From Acidobacteriota bacterium (GTDB lineage: Bacteria > Acidobacteriota > Polarisedimenticolia > Gp22-AA2): DNA of 31,623 nucleotides. How positions within the stretch are numbered: position 1 is the first letter of the stretch; the number at the start of each line of letters is the position of its first letter. The notes under the pieces were generated by a model that was given only the letters and a program-made list of their open reading frames with translations, was not told the DNA's origin and made no database searches. The stretch covers positions 1-31,623 of the forward strand of contig JBGPLZ010000031.1 of the NCBI GenBank assembly GCA_041486695.1, given 5' to 3'. Position numbers and translations under genes: made by a program. This document shows positions 8,350 to 20,700 of this stretch, piece after piece.

Positions 8350-9393
8350 TTATCGGGGCTTTCCGAATCGCCACACGACACCCCCGTGGAGGCTGTTGAA
8401 GGCGATGTTGTCGCGAACTCGGCTGCCGTTCCCGTCGGTACAGCATTCGGAGGACGGGAGGGGATTCGCGACCAGACCGTTCCACTCTGACGCGGAATAC
8501 CCGAGGTAGTAATCCAGGTGACCATAGTTCCAGACGGCGCGAAGGTCATAGTCTCGAATTTCGCCGCGCAGGTGGTCGTCCTTGGCGCTGTTGGCGTCTG
8601 TGGCGCCCGTATTATCGACGGCAAGGCTTTCGCCCTTGGTGTCGGCCTGGAGAAATGAGAAGGCCGCGCTGCCTTGCAAGCTGAAGTGCTTCGTGAATCC
8701 GAAGACGGCGGCGACCCCGACGCGCGGGCCGATCGCATCCGATTTGAAATGCTTGGCCTGCGAATAGGTCTGCAAACCGTAAGGGAGATAGGCACCATAG
8801 TCGATAACACCATCGAAGCGGTCCGTCTCCTCGTACGATGCGACGCGGAGGCCGGCGAGCCACTTGATTGTAGTCTTCTCCCCCACTGCGATCGGTCTCA
8901 CGTAGTCGATGTCGGTTGCCCGGGCCTTGACCTTGGAGGTCGCCTTCACGTCGATTGGGTAGGTCGTATTGCCCTGGTTGCCGATGTAATTCGAGCCGCT
9001 GTTCGAGTATCCCACGATGGTAGGGTAGACCGTCCCGAAGAGCCCGTTCTTGACCTCGCTCTGGTCGTTATCGAAGCTCCAATAGGAGACCTTGAGGCTG
9101 CCGCGCTCCTTACCGAAGCCGTACCCCACGCCGAGCCGCCAGGTCAGGTCCGAATCGGTATTCATCACGAGCCGCTTGCTGACGGTGTCAGGTGTCGTAA
9201 ATACGCGAGTGTTGGCGTAATGTTGATCGAGACTGTCTGGTTGGGTCTGCGCGAGATCGAGCGCCAGGAACCATCCCTTGTAGTCGGTGTCGGCGGCCCG
9301 GAGCGGGGTGGCCAAGGCGACCGTCGCGAGGAGAGCGAGGCCGGCGACCGCCAGACATTTCGTCGGGAGGGTCGCTCTTCGATGTTTCTGCAT
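8350..9393 (-). CDS. Outer-membrane beta-barrel protein (porin-like) with signal peptide
   Basis: Start 'MQKHRRATLPTKCLAVAGLALLATVALATPLRA' is a signal peptide, preceded by GGGGGA. The sequence has alternating amphipathic beta-strand character and is Tyr/Gly/Asn-rich. The C-terminal '...GGVVWRF' is an aromatic beta-signal. The track ORF extends to 9528, but that N-terminal extension is not signal-peptide-like. Confidence 0.6.
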   Translation of the reverse strand: MQKHRRATLPTKCLAVAGLALLATVALATPLRAADTDYKGWFLALDLAQTQPDSLDQHYANTRVFTTPDTVSKRLVMNTDSDLTWRLGVGYGFGKERGSLKVSYWSFDNDQSEVKNGLFGTVYPTIVGYSNSGSNYIGNQGNTTYPIDVKATSKVKARATDIDYVRPIAVGEKTTIKWLAGLRVASYEETDRFDGVIDYGAYLPYGLQTYSQAKHFKSDAIGPRVGVAAVFGFTKHFSLQGSAAFSFLQADTKGESLAVDNTGATDANSAKDDHLRGEIRDYDLRAVWNYGHLDYYLGYSASEWNGLVANPLPSSECCTDGNGSRVRDNIAFNSLHGGVVWRFGKPR

Positions 9394-9598
9394 CTGTCCA
9401 ATCCCCCATGAGGAAATAGAGAGCGTGATCGAGAAGACTCTTCGCGTGTCGCGCACGTCTCGGTGGCGCGTCAGGATCGTCCGGCGGGGGCGCCTCCTTT
9501 CTTCGGGTGGACTCCCGGGTCTTGTCATGGCTCGCAGTCGGTTCAGCTACTGTGGAGAGCAGGGAGGCCGAACGCAATCGCTCCCCGTCGACCAGGAG

Positions 9599-9628
9599 CT
9601 TATACACGTGGCGCGATCGGGAAGTCAA
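9599..9628 (-). promoter_or_regulatory. Candidate sigma70-type promoter for the OMP gene (TTGACT, 18-nt spacer, TATAAG), implying a ~200-nt 5' leader
   Basis: The reverse complement of 9599..9634 reads TTGACT-N18-TATAAG. It sits just downstream of the mmuM-like stop and ~200 nt upstream of the OMP start codon. This is sequence-only evidence. Confidence 0.3.
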
Positions 9629-9647
9629 GAATCCGCGTGGCGCGAAA

Positions 9648-10634
9648 TCACAATGAGTTCGCAGTGTGCCTCGAGACGGCCGGCAGCCGCGCCAGGGCGG
9701 CGATGTGATCGGGGATGGTGCCACAGCAGCCGCCGACCAGCCGGGCTCCTTCATCGATCCGGCCGGAGACCCAGCGGGCGTACCGCTCCGGCTCGTGATG
9801 GTCCGGCAGCCGCCAGCCGGTGACGTCGTCCGGTTCCCCGAGGTGGGCGTAGAGACCGTGCGGCAGCTCGGGTGACAGGGCGACGAAGGCGGGGAAGAGC
9901 GGCTCGAGAACCTCGGGCGTGGCGCAGTTCAGCAGCAGGCCCCGCAGACGGGGGCCGCCTTGATCGCGCAGCCGCGGGATCACCTCGTCGAGCGGCTCGC
10001 CCGAAAGAAGGTGCCGCGGGCCCTTCGGACAGAGGCTCAGAAGGATTTCGAGACCGGTCTCCAGGGCGGCGGCCAGGGCGGCGCGCGCTTCGCGAAGCGA
10101 ATTCATCGTCTCGATCATGATCAGATCGACGCCGAGGCGGGCGAGACATTCCGCCTGCCGGCGATGCTCGGCGAGGCACTCGGTCTCCGACGGTACCAGG
10201 TCGGGCCGGTAGCAGTCCTCGAGCGGCGCGAGACCGCCGGCCACGAGACAGACGCGTCGAGCGTCGAGCGCGGCGGGGCCGCTTCGCGCGGCTTGCAGGC
10301 CGGCCCGGGCTGCGGCGACGGCCCGGCGATTCAGCTCCTGCCAATTCCCGGCGTCGCCGAGATCCCCCTTCGCGAGGCCGCGGCGCGTCGTCCGGAAGGT
10401 GTTGGTCACCAGGATCTCGGCCCCGGCGCGCGCGTAGTCGGCGTGAATCTGGGTGAGGGTCGTAAGCCCCGCATCGGTGAGCAGCGCGTGCGCCGACCAG
10501 AGGGGGAGCGTCGTCGGGATGCCACGCCGCGCCAGCTCGGTCCCGACGGCGCCGTCGAGAAGGACCGGCCGGCCCGGCCGCGCGAGCAGCTGCTCGAGAG
10601 AGATCGTGGTCACGCGGTCATTGTAGCGCCGCAC
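9648..10634 (-). CDS. Homocysteine S-methyltransferase family protein (MmuM/BHMT-like, Pfam S-methyl_trans)
   Basis: N-terminal 'LLDGAVGTEL' and C-terminal 'GGCCGTIPDHI' are hallmark motifs. Length is 328 aa. A GTG start is inferred. Confidence 0.8.
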   Translation of the reverse strand: MRRYNDRVTTISLEQLLARPGRPVLLDGAVGTELARRGIPTTLPLWSAHALLTDAGLTTLTQIHADYARAGAEILVTNTFRTTRRGLAKGDLGDAGNWQELNRRAVAAARAGLQAARSGPAALDARRVCLVAGGLAPLEDCYRPDLVPSETECLAEHRRQAECLARLGVDLIMIETMNSLREARAALAAALETGLEILLSLCPKGPRHLLSGEPLDEVIPRLRDQGGPRLRGLLLNCATPEVLEPLFPAFVALSPELPHGLYAHLGEPDDVTGWRLPDHHEPERYARWVSGRIDEGARLVGGCCGTIPDHIAALARLPAVSRHTANSL

Positions 10635-10646
10635 CGCGCGCCGGGG

Positions 10647-10991
10647 TCAGTCGGCGCGCAGGTCTTCGGGATCGAGGAGGAGATAGGGCTCGCCGAAGGG
10701 GGGGCGGCCATCGCGCGGCGTCAGCCTCAAGCCCCAGTCGCCGCCGTAGACCAGCAGCGAGACGCCGGCTCCGGAATCATCGACCGGAGCGGCCTGCGCC
10801 TCACAGGGGGAGCCGCCGGCGGTGCTCGACCAGCCGGTGACGTCGCACCGGACCGGATCGTCAACCCCGAGCCAGTAGCGCACCGCGCGCACGGGGCGCG
10901 ACTCGCCCGAGGCCTGGAACCGCAGGCCGCACCCCTCGGGGCAGTTGGGGTTCGGATCGATGAAGATGTCGATGAAGCGCGGCCCGGCCAC
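10647..10991 (-). CDS. Hypothetical small protein (114 aa, 4 Cys), apparently co-transcribed between hppA and the methyltransferase
   Basis: Strong GC3 codon bias is consistent with real coding. It has a GTG start. It lies 36 nt downstream of hppA and 12 nt upstream of the methyltransferase start. I recognise no family. Confidence 0.45.
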   Translation of the reverse strand: MAGPRFIDIFIDPNPNCPEGCGLRFQASGESRPVRAVRYWLGVDDPVRCDVTGWSSTAGGSPCEAQAAPVDDSGAGVSLLVYGGDWGLRLTPRDGRPPFGEPYLLLDPEDLRAD

Positions 10992-11027
10992 ATCACCCTT
11001 TCGTCACGACCCGGCCGGGCGAGCCGC

Positions 11028-13193
<2,166 letters not shown>

Positions 13194-13442
13194 GCGGGCT
13201 TCCTCCTCATGAACCGTGAACCTGGCGCGTTAACGTTGATCCTGGTGCAGCGCGCCGGGTGCCTCTCGAAAGGCGGCGTATTCTACAAGAAAAGGGCCCG
13301 CAAACGCGCCCCGGAAGTGCCCCGCGCGCGGCCCTCGCCGATCGATCGTGATCGCGCTCGCCGGGCGGGACAAATCATGGAAGAATAGCGCGCTTTCCCG
13401 CAGGCCTTCACGCCTGAGCGGGTCTCGGAAGGGAGCGCACGG

Positions 13443-15776
13443 ATGAATCGACGAGGAGGCCGGGGCCGGATTGGCAACCTGGCGCTCGCGCTCGTCGGGT
13501 CGACGTTCGTGGCGTGGGGCGCGGCCTCGGGCGCCGCCGCGACGGGTGATCCCTCCGCGCCGCCGGCGCCGCCGGCGAGCTATGTCGTCCCCCGCGCCGG
13601 GGCGCCGATCACGATCGACGGGGCCCTCGACGATGAGCCATGGCGCTATGCCCTGACCTTCGATCTGCCGTACGAGATCGACCCGGGCGAGAACACCCCC
13701 GCCCCGGTGCGCACCGAGTGCTTCGTTCTCTACGACGCCGGTCATCTCTATGTCGGATTCCGCGCCCACGACCCCGATCCGGCCGCGATCCGGGCCCATC
13801 TGGCCGACCGCGATCAGGTCGATCGGGATGACGCGGTGGGGTTCATCGTCGACACCTTCAACGACGAGCGGCGTGGATTCGAGATGTTCGTCAACCCGCT
13901 CGGCGTGCAGACGGATGCCTCGCGCAACGACGTCGGCCGGGGCGACGATCTGGGCGGAGAATCGAACGAGGACTCGACCTGGGACGCCATCTGGACGTCG
14001 GCGGCCCGCATCACCTCGGAGGGGTACGAGGTCGAGATGGCGATTCCGTTCACCTCGCTGCGCTTCCCGCGCACCGAGGGGAACCAGACCTGGGGCTTCA
14101 TGCCGCTGCGCTCCTATCCGCGCGGTCAAAGGCACCAGCTCGGGTTGACGCGCCGCGACCGCAATCGTTCCTGCACCCTCTGCCAGGCCGCGAAGCTTTA
14201 CGGTTTCGCCGGCCTCGATCCGGGGCGGAACCTCGAGTTCGACCCGACGCTCACGGCGCGGCACGACGCCGCCAGACGCGACTTCCCGAACGGGCCGATC
14301 GACAGGAACGGCGTCGCCGGGGAAGGGGGCCTGGCGCTGCGCTGGGGGATCACTCCGAACCTCAGCCTGAACGGCACCTTCAACCCCGATTTCTCGCAGG
14401 TCGAGGCCGACACGGCGCAGTTGACGATCAACACCCGGTTCAAGCTGTTCTATCCGGAGAAGAGGCCGTTCTTTCTCGAGGGGGCCGACTTCTTCGCGAC
14501 GCCGCTGAACGTGCTCTACACGCGCACTGCCAGCGAGCCGGCCTGGGGGATCAAGGTTACCGGCAAGGAGGGGCCGTACGCGCTCGGTCTCTTCGTCGCC
14601 CGCGACGAGAAAACCAGCCTGATCTTTCCGTCGAACCAGAATTCGGACGATAACCGCGACGATGCCTCGTTCGAGCGGCCGCACAGCGTGGCCGGGCTGC
14701 GTTACCGTCATGATATAGGCTCTTTCTCGACGCTCGGGGTCCTGATCACCGACCGGGAGGGGGAGGGATACCACAACCGCCTCTACAGCGCCGATGGCCT
14801 GATACGGCTGTCGCCGGTCGACACCTTGCGCTTCCAGGCGATTCGATCCGACACTCTCTATCCGGCGCAGGTGGCCAGTATGTTCAATCAGATCACCGAT
14901 CCCTTCGCGGGCTCCGCGACGACGCTGCGCTATAACCATGGCTCGCGCGACTGGAATCTGTGGGGAAACTACGAGGACCTGGGACGCGATTTCCGGGCCG
15001 ACACCGGCTTCATCCCGCGCGTCGACACCCGCAAGAAGGAAGCCGGCGTCGAGCGGGTCCTCTGGGGCGGTCCGGGCTCCTGGTATACGCGCTTCCTGTT
15101 CGGAGTCTGGGGCTGGCGGATCGACGATCATTCCGGCACCCTGACCGACCAGGATCTGGGACTGCACAGCGCCCTGTTCGGGCCCCGGCAATCGATCCTG
15201 TACACGCGGGTGGCGCGCCAGAAGGAATTCTTCGACGGTGCCACCTACGACAAGACCTCCGGTGAGTTCTTCTTCAATGTCCGCCCGACCGGCGACCTGA
15301 CCCTGAGCCTCGGCGGTCGACTTGGCGACGCGGTCGACTACGACAACTCGCGGCCCGCGACCCTCACCCGCCTGACCCCCGGCCTCAGCTGCGATTTCGG
15401 GCGTCACCTGCACCTGCAGCTCGACCACACCTACGAGCGCCTGGACGAGAAGGGGGGCCGGCTCTATGTCGCGAACCTGACGCAGATCCGGCTGGTCTAC
15501 CAGTGGAGCGTCAGGACGTTCGCGCGCGCGATCCTGCAATACACCGACACGCTGAAGAAGGTCCGCCTCTACGACCCGATCCTCAACCCCGACCCGATCC
15601 AGCCTCGGGAGAGCCAGCTCCTGACCCAGCTCCTGGTCTCCTACAAGGTGAACCCGCAAACGCTGGTCTACATCGGCTACAGTGAGACGCGCACCAACGA
15701 GGACACGACCGACCTGATCCCGCTCGAAAAGGATCGCTCCCTGTTCTTCAAGATCGGCTACGCGTGGATCTCCTGA
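13443..15776 (+). CDS. Secreted protein with an N-terminal CBM9-like (carbohydrate-binding family 9-like) domain and a DUF5916-type beta-rich domain
   Basis: It has a signal peptide. 'YVVPRAGAPITIDGALDDEPW...FVLYDAGHLYVGFRAHDPDP...VGFIVDTFNDERRGFEMFVNPLGVQTD' resembles the CBM9-like/DUF5916 proteins common in Acidobacteria, Gemmatimonadetes and Bacteroidetes. The C-terminal '...FFKIGYAWIS' is beta-strand-like. Confidence 0.65.
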   Translation: MNRRGGRGRIGNLALALVGSTFVAWGAASGAAATGDPSAPPAPPASYVVPRAGAPITIDGALDDEPWRYALTFDLPYEIDPGENTPAPVRTECFVLYDAGHLYVGFRAHDPDPAAIRAHLADRDQVDRDDAVGFIVDTFNDERRGFEMFVNPLGVQTDASRNDVGRGDDLGGESNEDSTWDAIWTSAARITSEGYEVEMAIPFTSLRFPRTEGNQTWGFMPLRSYPRGQRHQLGLTRRDRNRSCTLCQAAKLYGFAGLDPGRNLEFDPTLTARHDAARRDFPNGPIDRNGVAGEGGLALRWGITPNLSLNGTFNPDFSQVEADTAQLTINTRFKLFYPEKRPFFLEGADFFATPLNVLYTRTASEPAWGIKVTGKEGPYALGLFVARDEKTSLIFPSNQNSDDNRDDASFERPHSVAGLRYRHDIGSFSTLGVLITDREGEGYHNRLYSADGLIRLSPVDTLRFQAIRSDTLYPAQVASMFNQITDPFAGSATTLRYNHGSRDWNLWGNYEDLGRDFRADTGFIPRVDTRKKEAGVERVLWGGPGSWYTRFLFGVWGWRIDDHSGTLTDQDLGLHSALFGPRQSILYTRVARQKEFFDGATYDKTSGEFFFNVRPTGDLTLSLGGRLGDAVDYDNSRPATLTRLTPGLSCDFGRHLHLQLDHTYERLDEKGGRLYVANLTQIRLVYQWSVRTFARAILQYTDTLKKVRLYDPILNPDPIQPRESQLLTQLLVSYKVNPQTLVYIGYSETRTNEDTTDLIPLEKDRSLFFKIGYAWIS

Positions 15777-15777
15777 T

Positions 15778-17661
15778 ATGTGCGGCATCGCCGGCGTCCT
15801 GCGCCCGAACGGGGAGACCGATGACCGGGCCACGGTCGAGGCGATGCTCGTCACTCTGCGTCGTCGCGGGCCGGATTGCGAGGGCATCGAGAGGGAAGGT
15901 CCCCTGACCGTCGGTCACCGGCGTCTGGCCGTGGTCGATCTGAGCGACGCCGCGCGCCAACCGATGCGCAGCCACTCGGGCCGTTTGCTGGTCACCTACA
16001 ACGGCGAGATCTACAACTTCCGGGAGCTGCGGAAGGAGCTGGGGCTGACGGAGCGCGATCTGCGCTCCAGGTCGGACACCGAGGTGCTTCTGGCCGCCTG
16101 GGAGCGCTGGGGCCCCGCCGCCCTCGACCGGATGGTCGGGCAGTGGGCCTTCGCCATTTACGATCGGGACAGCCGCCGCCTCTGGCTGGCGCGCGATCGT
16201 TTTGGGGAGAAGCCGCTCTACTATCACACCGCCCCCGGGTCGCTCAGCTTCGCCTCCAGCATCCCGGCTCTCTTGAAGGCGCCATGGGTGGGGCGGGATT
16301 TGGATCCCGAGGCCCTCGCCGAGTACCTGACCCTGCGCTACGTGATCAGCCCGCGCACGGTCGTCTCCGGCATTCTGAAGCTGCCGGCGGGTCATCTGCT
16401 GACGGTGGGGCCGGAGGGGACCGAGCTGCGCCAGTGGTACGACCCCCGCTTCGTCCCCGATGCCGAGCCGCCGACCCTGTCGTGCAGACGGGATCTCGTC
16501 GACCGGTTCGGGGCGCTTCTGCTTCAGGCGGCGGAGCGCTGCCTCGTGAGCGACCTTCCGGTCGGGCTGTTGTTGAGCGACGGCATCGACAGCAACAGCC
16601 TGCGCTCGGCCCTCCGGCTGGCCCGCCACGAGGTGCGCTGTTTTACCTACCGCGTGGGCGAGCCGGGTGGGACGCATGCGGCGGCCGCGCTCGAGGCGAA
16701 AGAGACGGCCGGCAGGACGGAGATCTGGAGCGCACCCTCCGAGCGGCTCGGGACGCTGGTGCCGGCTTTTTCGAGCTTCACCGAGCCGACGGGTGACGGC
16801 GCGGCTCTCGCCCTGTGGTATCTCATCCGCCAGGCGCGCCCGAGCGCCGGCGTCTTTCTCTCCGGGAGCGGCGGTGACGAGATCCTCGGCGGCTACCGGC
16901 TGGACCAGGATCTCCTGAGGCTCCGGGCCCTGCGCCGCTTCAGCTGGCTCCCCGAACCTCTATTGCGCAAGGTCCTTCTGCGCTATCTCGCGGGAAGCGA
17001 ATCGACCGCTGACCGGCGAACCGCGCTGCGCCGCAGCTGTCCGGAATCCGTACCGGCCCTGGCGCGCTATCTCGTCAATCGCCCCCTGCCGCTGACTTCG
17101 TTGGCGCCGCTTTTCGGCCCCGGCGCCGTCCCCGGCCGCTACCTCGGAAGCGTCGATCGACTCTATGACGAATGCGACCGGAAGGCCTCCGGGCTCGACC
17201 GGGTGCAGGAAGTGATGCTGCGCACCTTTCTCACCGAAAATATCCTGTCGCACACCGATTCGGTCGCGATGGCCTCGTCGGCCGAGCTGCGGTTGCCGTT
17301 CCTCGACCGCGACCTGGTCGATTTCGTCCTGCGGCTTCCAGCCTCGATGCGCGTGGGAGGTTTGTTCCGCCGACCGCGGACGAAAAGGATCCTGAACCTG
17401 TGGCGGGAGGAGCGCAGCCCGGGGTTCGCGTGCAGCCCGAAGAAGCGGACCTTCAATTACGGCAGCATCCGGCAGCTGCTTCCCGAGAAGGGAGGCGTGG
17501 TGCGCGATTTGATCCTCGACGCGCGCGCGCTGCGCCGGTTGCTGCCGGGGCTCGACGCCTGGGTCGGCGCACCGCCCGCCGCCTTCCGTGGCCCGGTCGA
17601 GGGAACCCTCTGGGCGCTCTTGAGTCTCGGCATCTGGTGCGAAGCGGCGGGAATCTTCTGA
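15778..17661 (+). CDS. Asparagine synthetase (glutamine-hydrolysing) family amidotransferase, AsnB-type
   Basis: The N-terminal 'MCGIAG' Ntn nucleophile and GATase-II domain are followed by the synthetase PP-loop 'LLSDGIDSNS'. The start is 2 nt after the upstream stop. Confidence 0.85.
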   Translation: MCGIAGVLRPNGETDDRATVEAMLVTLRRRGPDCEGIEREGPLTVGHRRLAVVDLSDAARQPMRSHSGRLLVTYNGEIYNFRELRKELGLTERDLRSRSDTEVLLAAWERWGPAALDRMVGQWAFAIYDRDSRRLWLARDRFGEKPLYYHTAPGSLSFASSIPALLKAPWVGRDLDPEALAEYLTLRYVISPRTVVSGILKLPAGHLLTVGPEGTELRQWYDPRFVPDAEPPTLSCRRDLVDRFGALLLQAAERCLVSDLPVGLLLSDGIDSNSLRSALRLARHEVRCFTYRVGEPGGTHAAAALEAKETAGRTEIWSAPSERLGTLVPAFSSFTEPTGDGAALALWYLIRQARPSAGVFLSGSGGDEILGGYRLDQDLLRLRALRRFSWLPEPLLRKVLLRYLAGSESTADRRTALRRSCPESVPALARYLVNRPLPLTSLAPLFGPGAVPGRYLGSVDRLYDECDRKASGLDRVQEVMLRTFLTENILSHTDSVAMASSAELRLPFLDRDLVDFVLRLPASMRVGGLFRRPRTKRILNLWREERSPGFACSPKKRTFNYGSIRQLLPEKGGVVRDLILDARALRRLLPGLDAWVGAPPAAFRGPVEGTLWALLSLGIWCEAAGIF

Positions 17662-17739
17662 AGGCCTCGCGTCCGGGCGACGCGCTCCCGGCTCCGCCCC
17701 GCGGGGGCCCGGCATCGATTCGGCTAGAATAGAAGGGCG

Positions 17740-20700
17740 ATGCAAGAGAGCCGATTTCGGATCCGCCCGCAGTGGCCCGCGGCCCTGCTTCTGGGCGCGG
17801 TCATGTCCATCGCCGGCCTCCCGGCCGGGCCGGCCGCGATCCGGACGGGCACCGCGGCCCCGGCGAACTCCACCAACCATCTGCTGGGGCAGACCAGTCC
17901 CTACCTTCTCGAGCACCTCGAGAACCCGGTTGACTGGTATCCATGGGGGGACGAGGCGCTGGCGCGCGCGCGCGACGAGGACAAGCCGATCTTCCTGTCG
18001 ATCGGTTACTCGGCCTGCCACTGGTGTCACGTCATGGCGCGGGAATCGTTCTCCGATGAGGAGATCGCCCGCCTGCTCAACCAGAGCTTTGTCGCCATCA
18101 AGGTCGATCGCGAGGAGCGGCCCGACCTGGACGCCATCTACATGGATGCGGTGGTGCTGATGACCGGCGGCGGCGGATGGCCGATGTCGGTCTTTCTGAC
18201 GCCCGATCTCGAGCCGTTCCACGGCGGGACCTATCTCCCCAGGGAGCAGTTCCGCGCCCTGCTGACCGGCATCGCCTCGACCTGGAAGGGCAACCGGGAT
18301 CAGGCGCTCGCGGTCGCCCGGCAGGTGCGCGAGAGGCTGGCGCGGCCGCCGACGCCGCCGGGTCCCTCCGGGGCCGTCCCGGCGGGGACGCTTGTCGACG
18401 GGGCGCTGGTCCAGTGGCGGGCCTCCTACGATCCGGTCCACGGAGGCTTCGGGGGCGCGCCGAAGTTCCCGTCCCCGCAGGCGCTCCAGCTGCTTCTCCG
18501 GGCGTCACGCGAGAACCGCTCTGCCCCGGCGCTCGAGATGGTGACGCGCAGCCTGGAAGCGATGGCCAACGGGGGCCTTTACGACCAGCTCGGGGGCGGG
18601 TTCCACCGCTACGCCACCGATGCGGCCTGGAGGGTGCCGCACTTCGAGAAGATGCTCTATGACAATGCCTTGCTCGCCCCGGTCTATCTCGAGGCCTGGC
18701 GGGCGACGGGACGCATCGAGTTCCGGCGGGTCGCGGAGGAGACGCTATCCTGGGTGGCGCGCGAGATGACCGACGCCCGCGGCGGGTTCTGCGCCAGCCT
18801 CGATGCCGACAGCGAGGGGGAGGAGGGCCGCTTCTACCTGTGGACGACGGCGGAGGTTCGGCGGGTCTTGGGCGATCGCGACGCCGCCTTCGCGATCGAC
18901 TACTTCGGCATGAGCGAGCGGGGCGATCTCCCCGGCGGGCGCAACGTCCTGCATGTTCGGTCGGCCCCGCCCGAGTTCGCGCCGGGGCACGGGATGAGCG
19001 ATGAGGCAGTGCGGGCGCGGGTCGTCGACCTCCGCGCCAAGCTGCTGGCGGCACGGAGCTCTCGCCCGCGTCCGCGCCGCGATGACAAGATTCTCACCGC
19101 CTGGAACGGCCTGATGATCTCGGCCTACGCCCGCGCCTACGCTCTCACCGGAGAGGTTCGCTACCGCGAAGCGGCGGCGCGCGCGGCGCGTTTCGCCCAG
19201 GACGCATTGCTCGATCGCGACGGCCGCGTCCTGGCGGTCTTCAGGCCGGGTGGGCAGGTCCCGCTGCCCGGCACCCTCGACGACTCCGCGTTTCTGGCGC
19301 GCGGCCTGCTCGACCTCTACGACGCCACGTCGACGCGCGCCTACCTCGAGGCTGCGAAGCGCATCGTGCATGACGCCGAGCGCTTCCTCGATCGGACTGC
19401 GGGAGGATACTTCTTCACCGCGGAGGATCGGCGACACTTGATCGTCAGGACCAAGAGCTTCGAGGATCAGGCGCTGCCATCGGGGAATGCCGTCCTTCTC
19501 GAATGCCAGACGCGTCTCGCTCGCGCCCTGGGTGACCCGACGCTGTTGCAGCCGGTGCGGCGCACGCTCGAGATCGCCGGTCCTGCGCTCCGCGCCGCGC
19601 CGGCCGGCTCGGCCGCGATGATCCTGGCGGCGTTGCAGCTGGATGCGCCGGAGTCGGCCGCTCCCCGGCCCGATGCGGCCGCGGCGCGCGCCCTCACGAT
19701 CTCGCTGCTCGCGACGCCTGCCCTGGCCGCGAGCCCCGCACCCGCCGCGGCTCCGCAGCCAAAGGGGACCGATGGGACCGGGGGAGGAGACCGGATCGTG
19801 CCCGGCGCCATCGTCGGCCGGGCCAATGCGCAGAAGGTCGTCGAGGCGTCCATCGCCGTCCCGGGCGGGACGGTGCGCCCCGGTCAGGCCGTCACGCTGT
19901 CGTTGCGGCTGGTGATCGCACCGGGGTGGCATATCAATTCGTCGCGTCCAACGCTCGACTACCTGATCGCGACCAGGCTCGCGTTCCCCGATCCCGCCGC
20001 AGTTCGGGTCGAAGAGATCGCCTACCCCGAAGGCTCGATCGTGCTCCTCGAGTTCGCCCAGGAGAAGCTCTCGGTCTATCAGGGGGCGACGACGATCAGG
20101 GCCACCGTCAGCCTGCCGCCGGAAGCGCCGCCGGGCCGGAGCGTGATCGCCGCCAGGCTGGTCTATCAGGCCTGCAGCGACAAGACCTGCCTCGCCCCCG
20201 AGACGATCGAGTTCCGGATCCCGGTCGACGTCGGCGGCGAGCCGGTGATGAGGACGCTGTCCCGCGTCGGTGAAAGCCCTTCGGACATCGAGGCTGCGGG
20301 GGCGCCGGCCGGAGGCAACGAAGGCGGCGCGCCGCCGACCGGCCGTGGCGGAGGGCTCGAGTCGCTCCTGGGACAGGGGCAGGGGGGCGAGGGGATCCAG
20401 GCGCTCCTCGATCGCCGCGGCCTCCTCGTGCTCCTCAGTCTGGTGTTCCTGGCCGGGCTGGCCCTGAACCTGACCCCCTGCGTCTACCCGATGATGCCGA
20501 TCACGATTGGCTTCTTCGCCAATCAGTCGCTCGGCAGCTGGGGGCGTCGGATCGGCCTGCCGGCCCTCTACGTCCTTGGGATGGCGGTGACCTACTCGAT
20601 TCTCGGCCTGGTGGCGGGACTGACCGGGACGCTGTTCGGCTCAACCCTGCAAAGTCCCCTCATCACCGGGGGGCTGGTGCTGATCTTCGTCATCATGGCG

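Noticed and set aside
13230-15887. 885-aa minus-strand ORF antisense to the DUF5916 gene, and 16960..18441, 18745..19932, 21804..23489 antisense to asnB, the YyaL-DsbD fusion and thrC
   Set aside because: They have the same GC-rich antisense artefact signature and no family signal.
17662-17739. Possible terminator hairpins after asnB (ccgggcgacgcgctcccgg; gccccgcgggggc)
   Set aside because: Only short 5-bp stems and no U-tract follow. This is not convincing as an intrinsic terminator.
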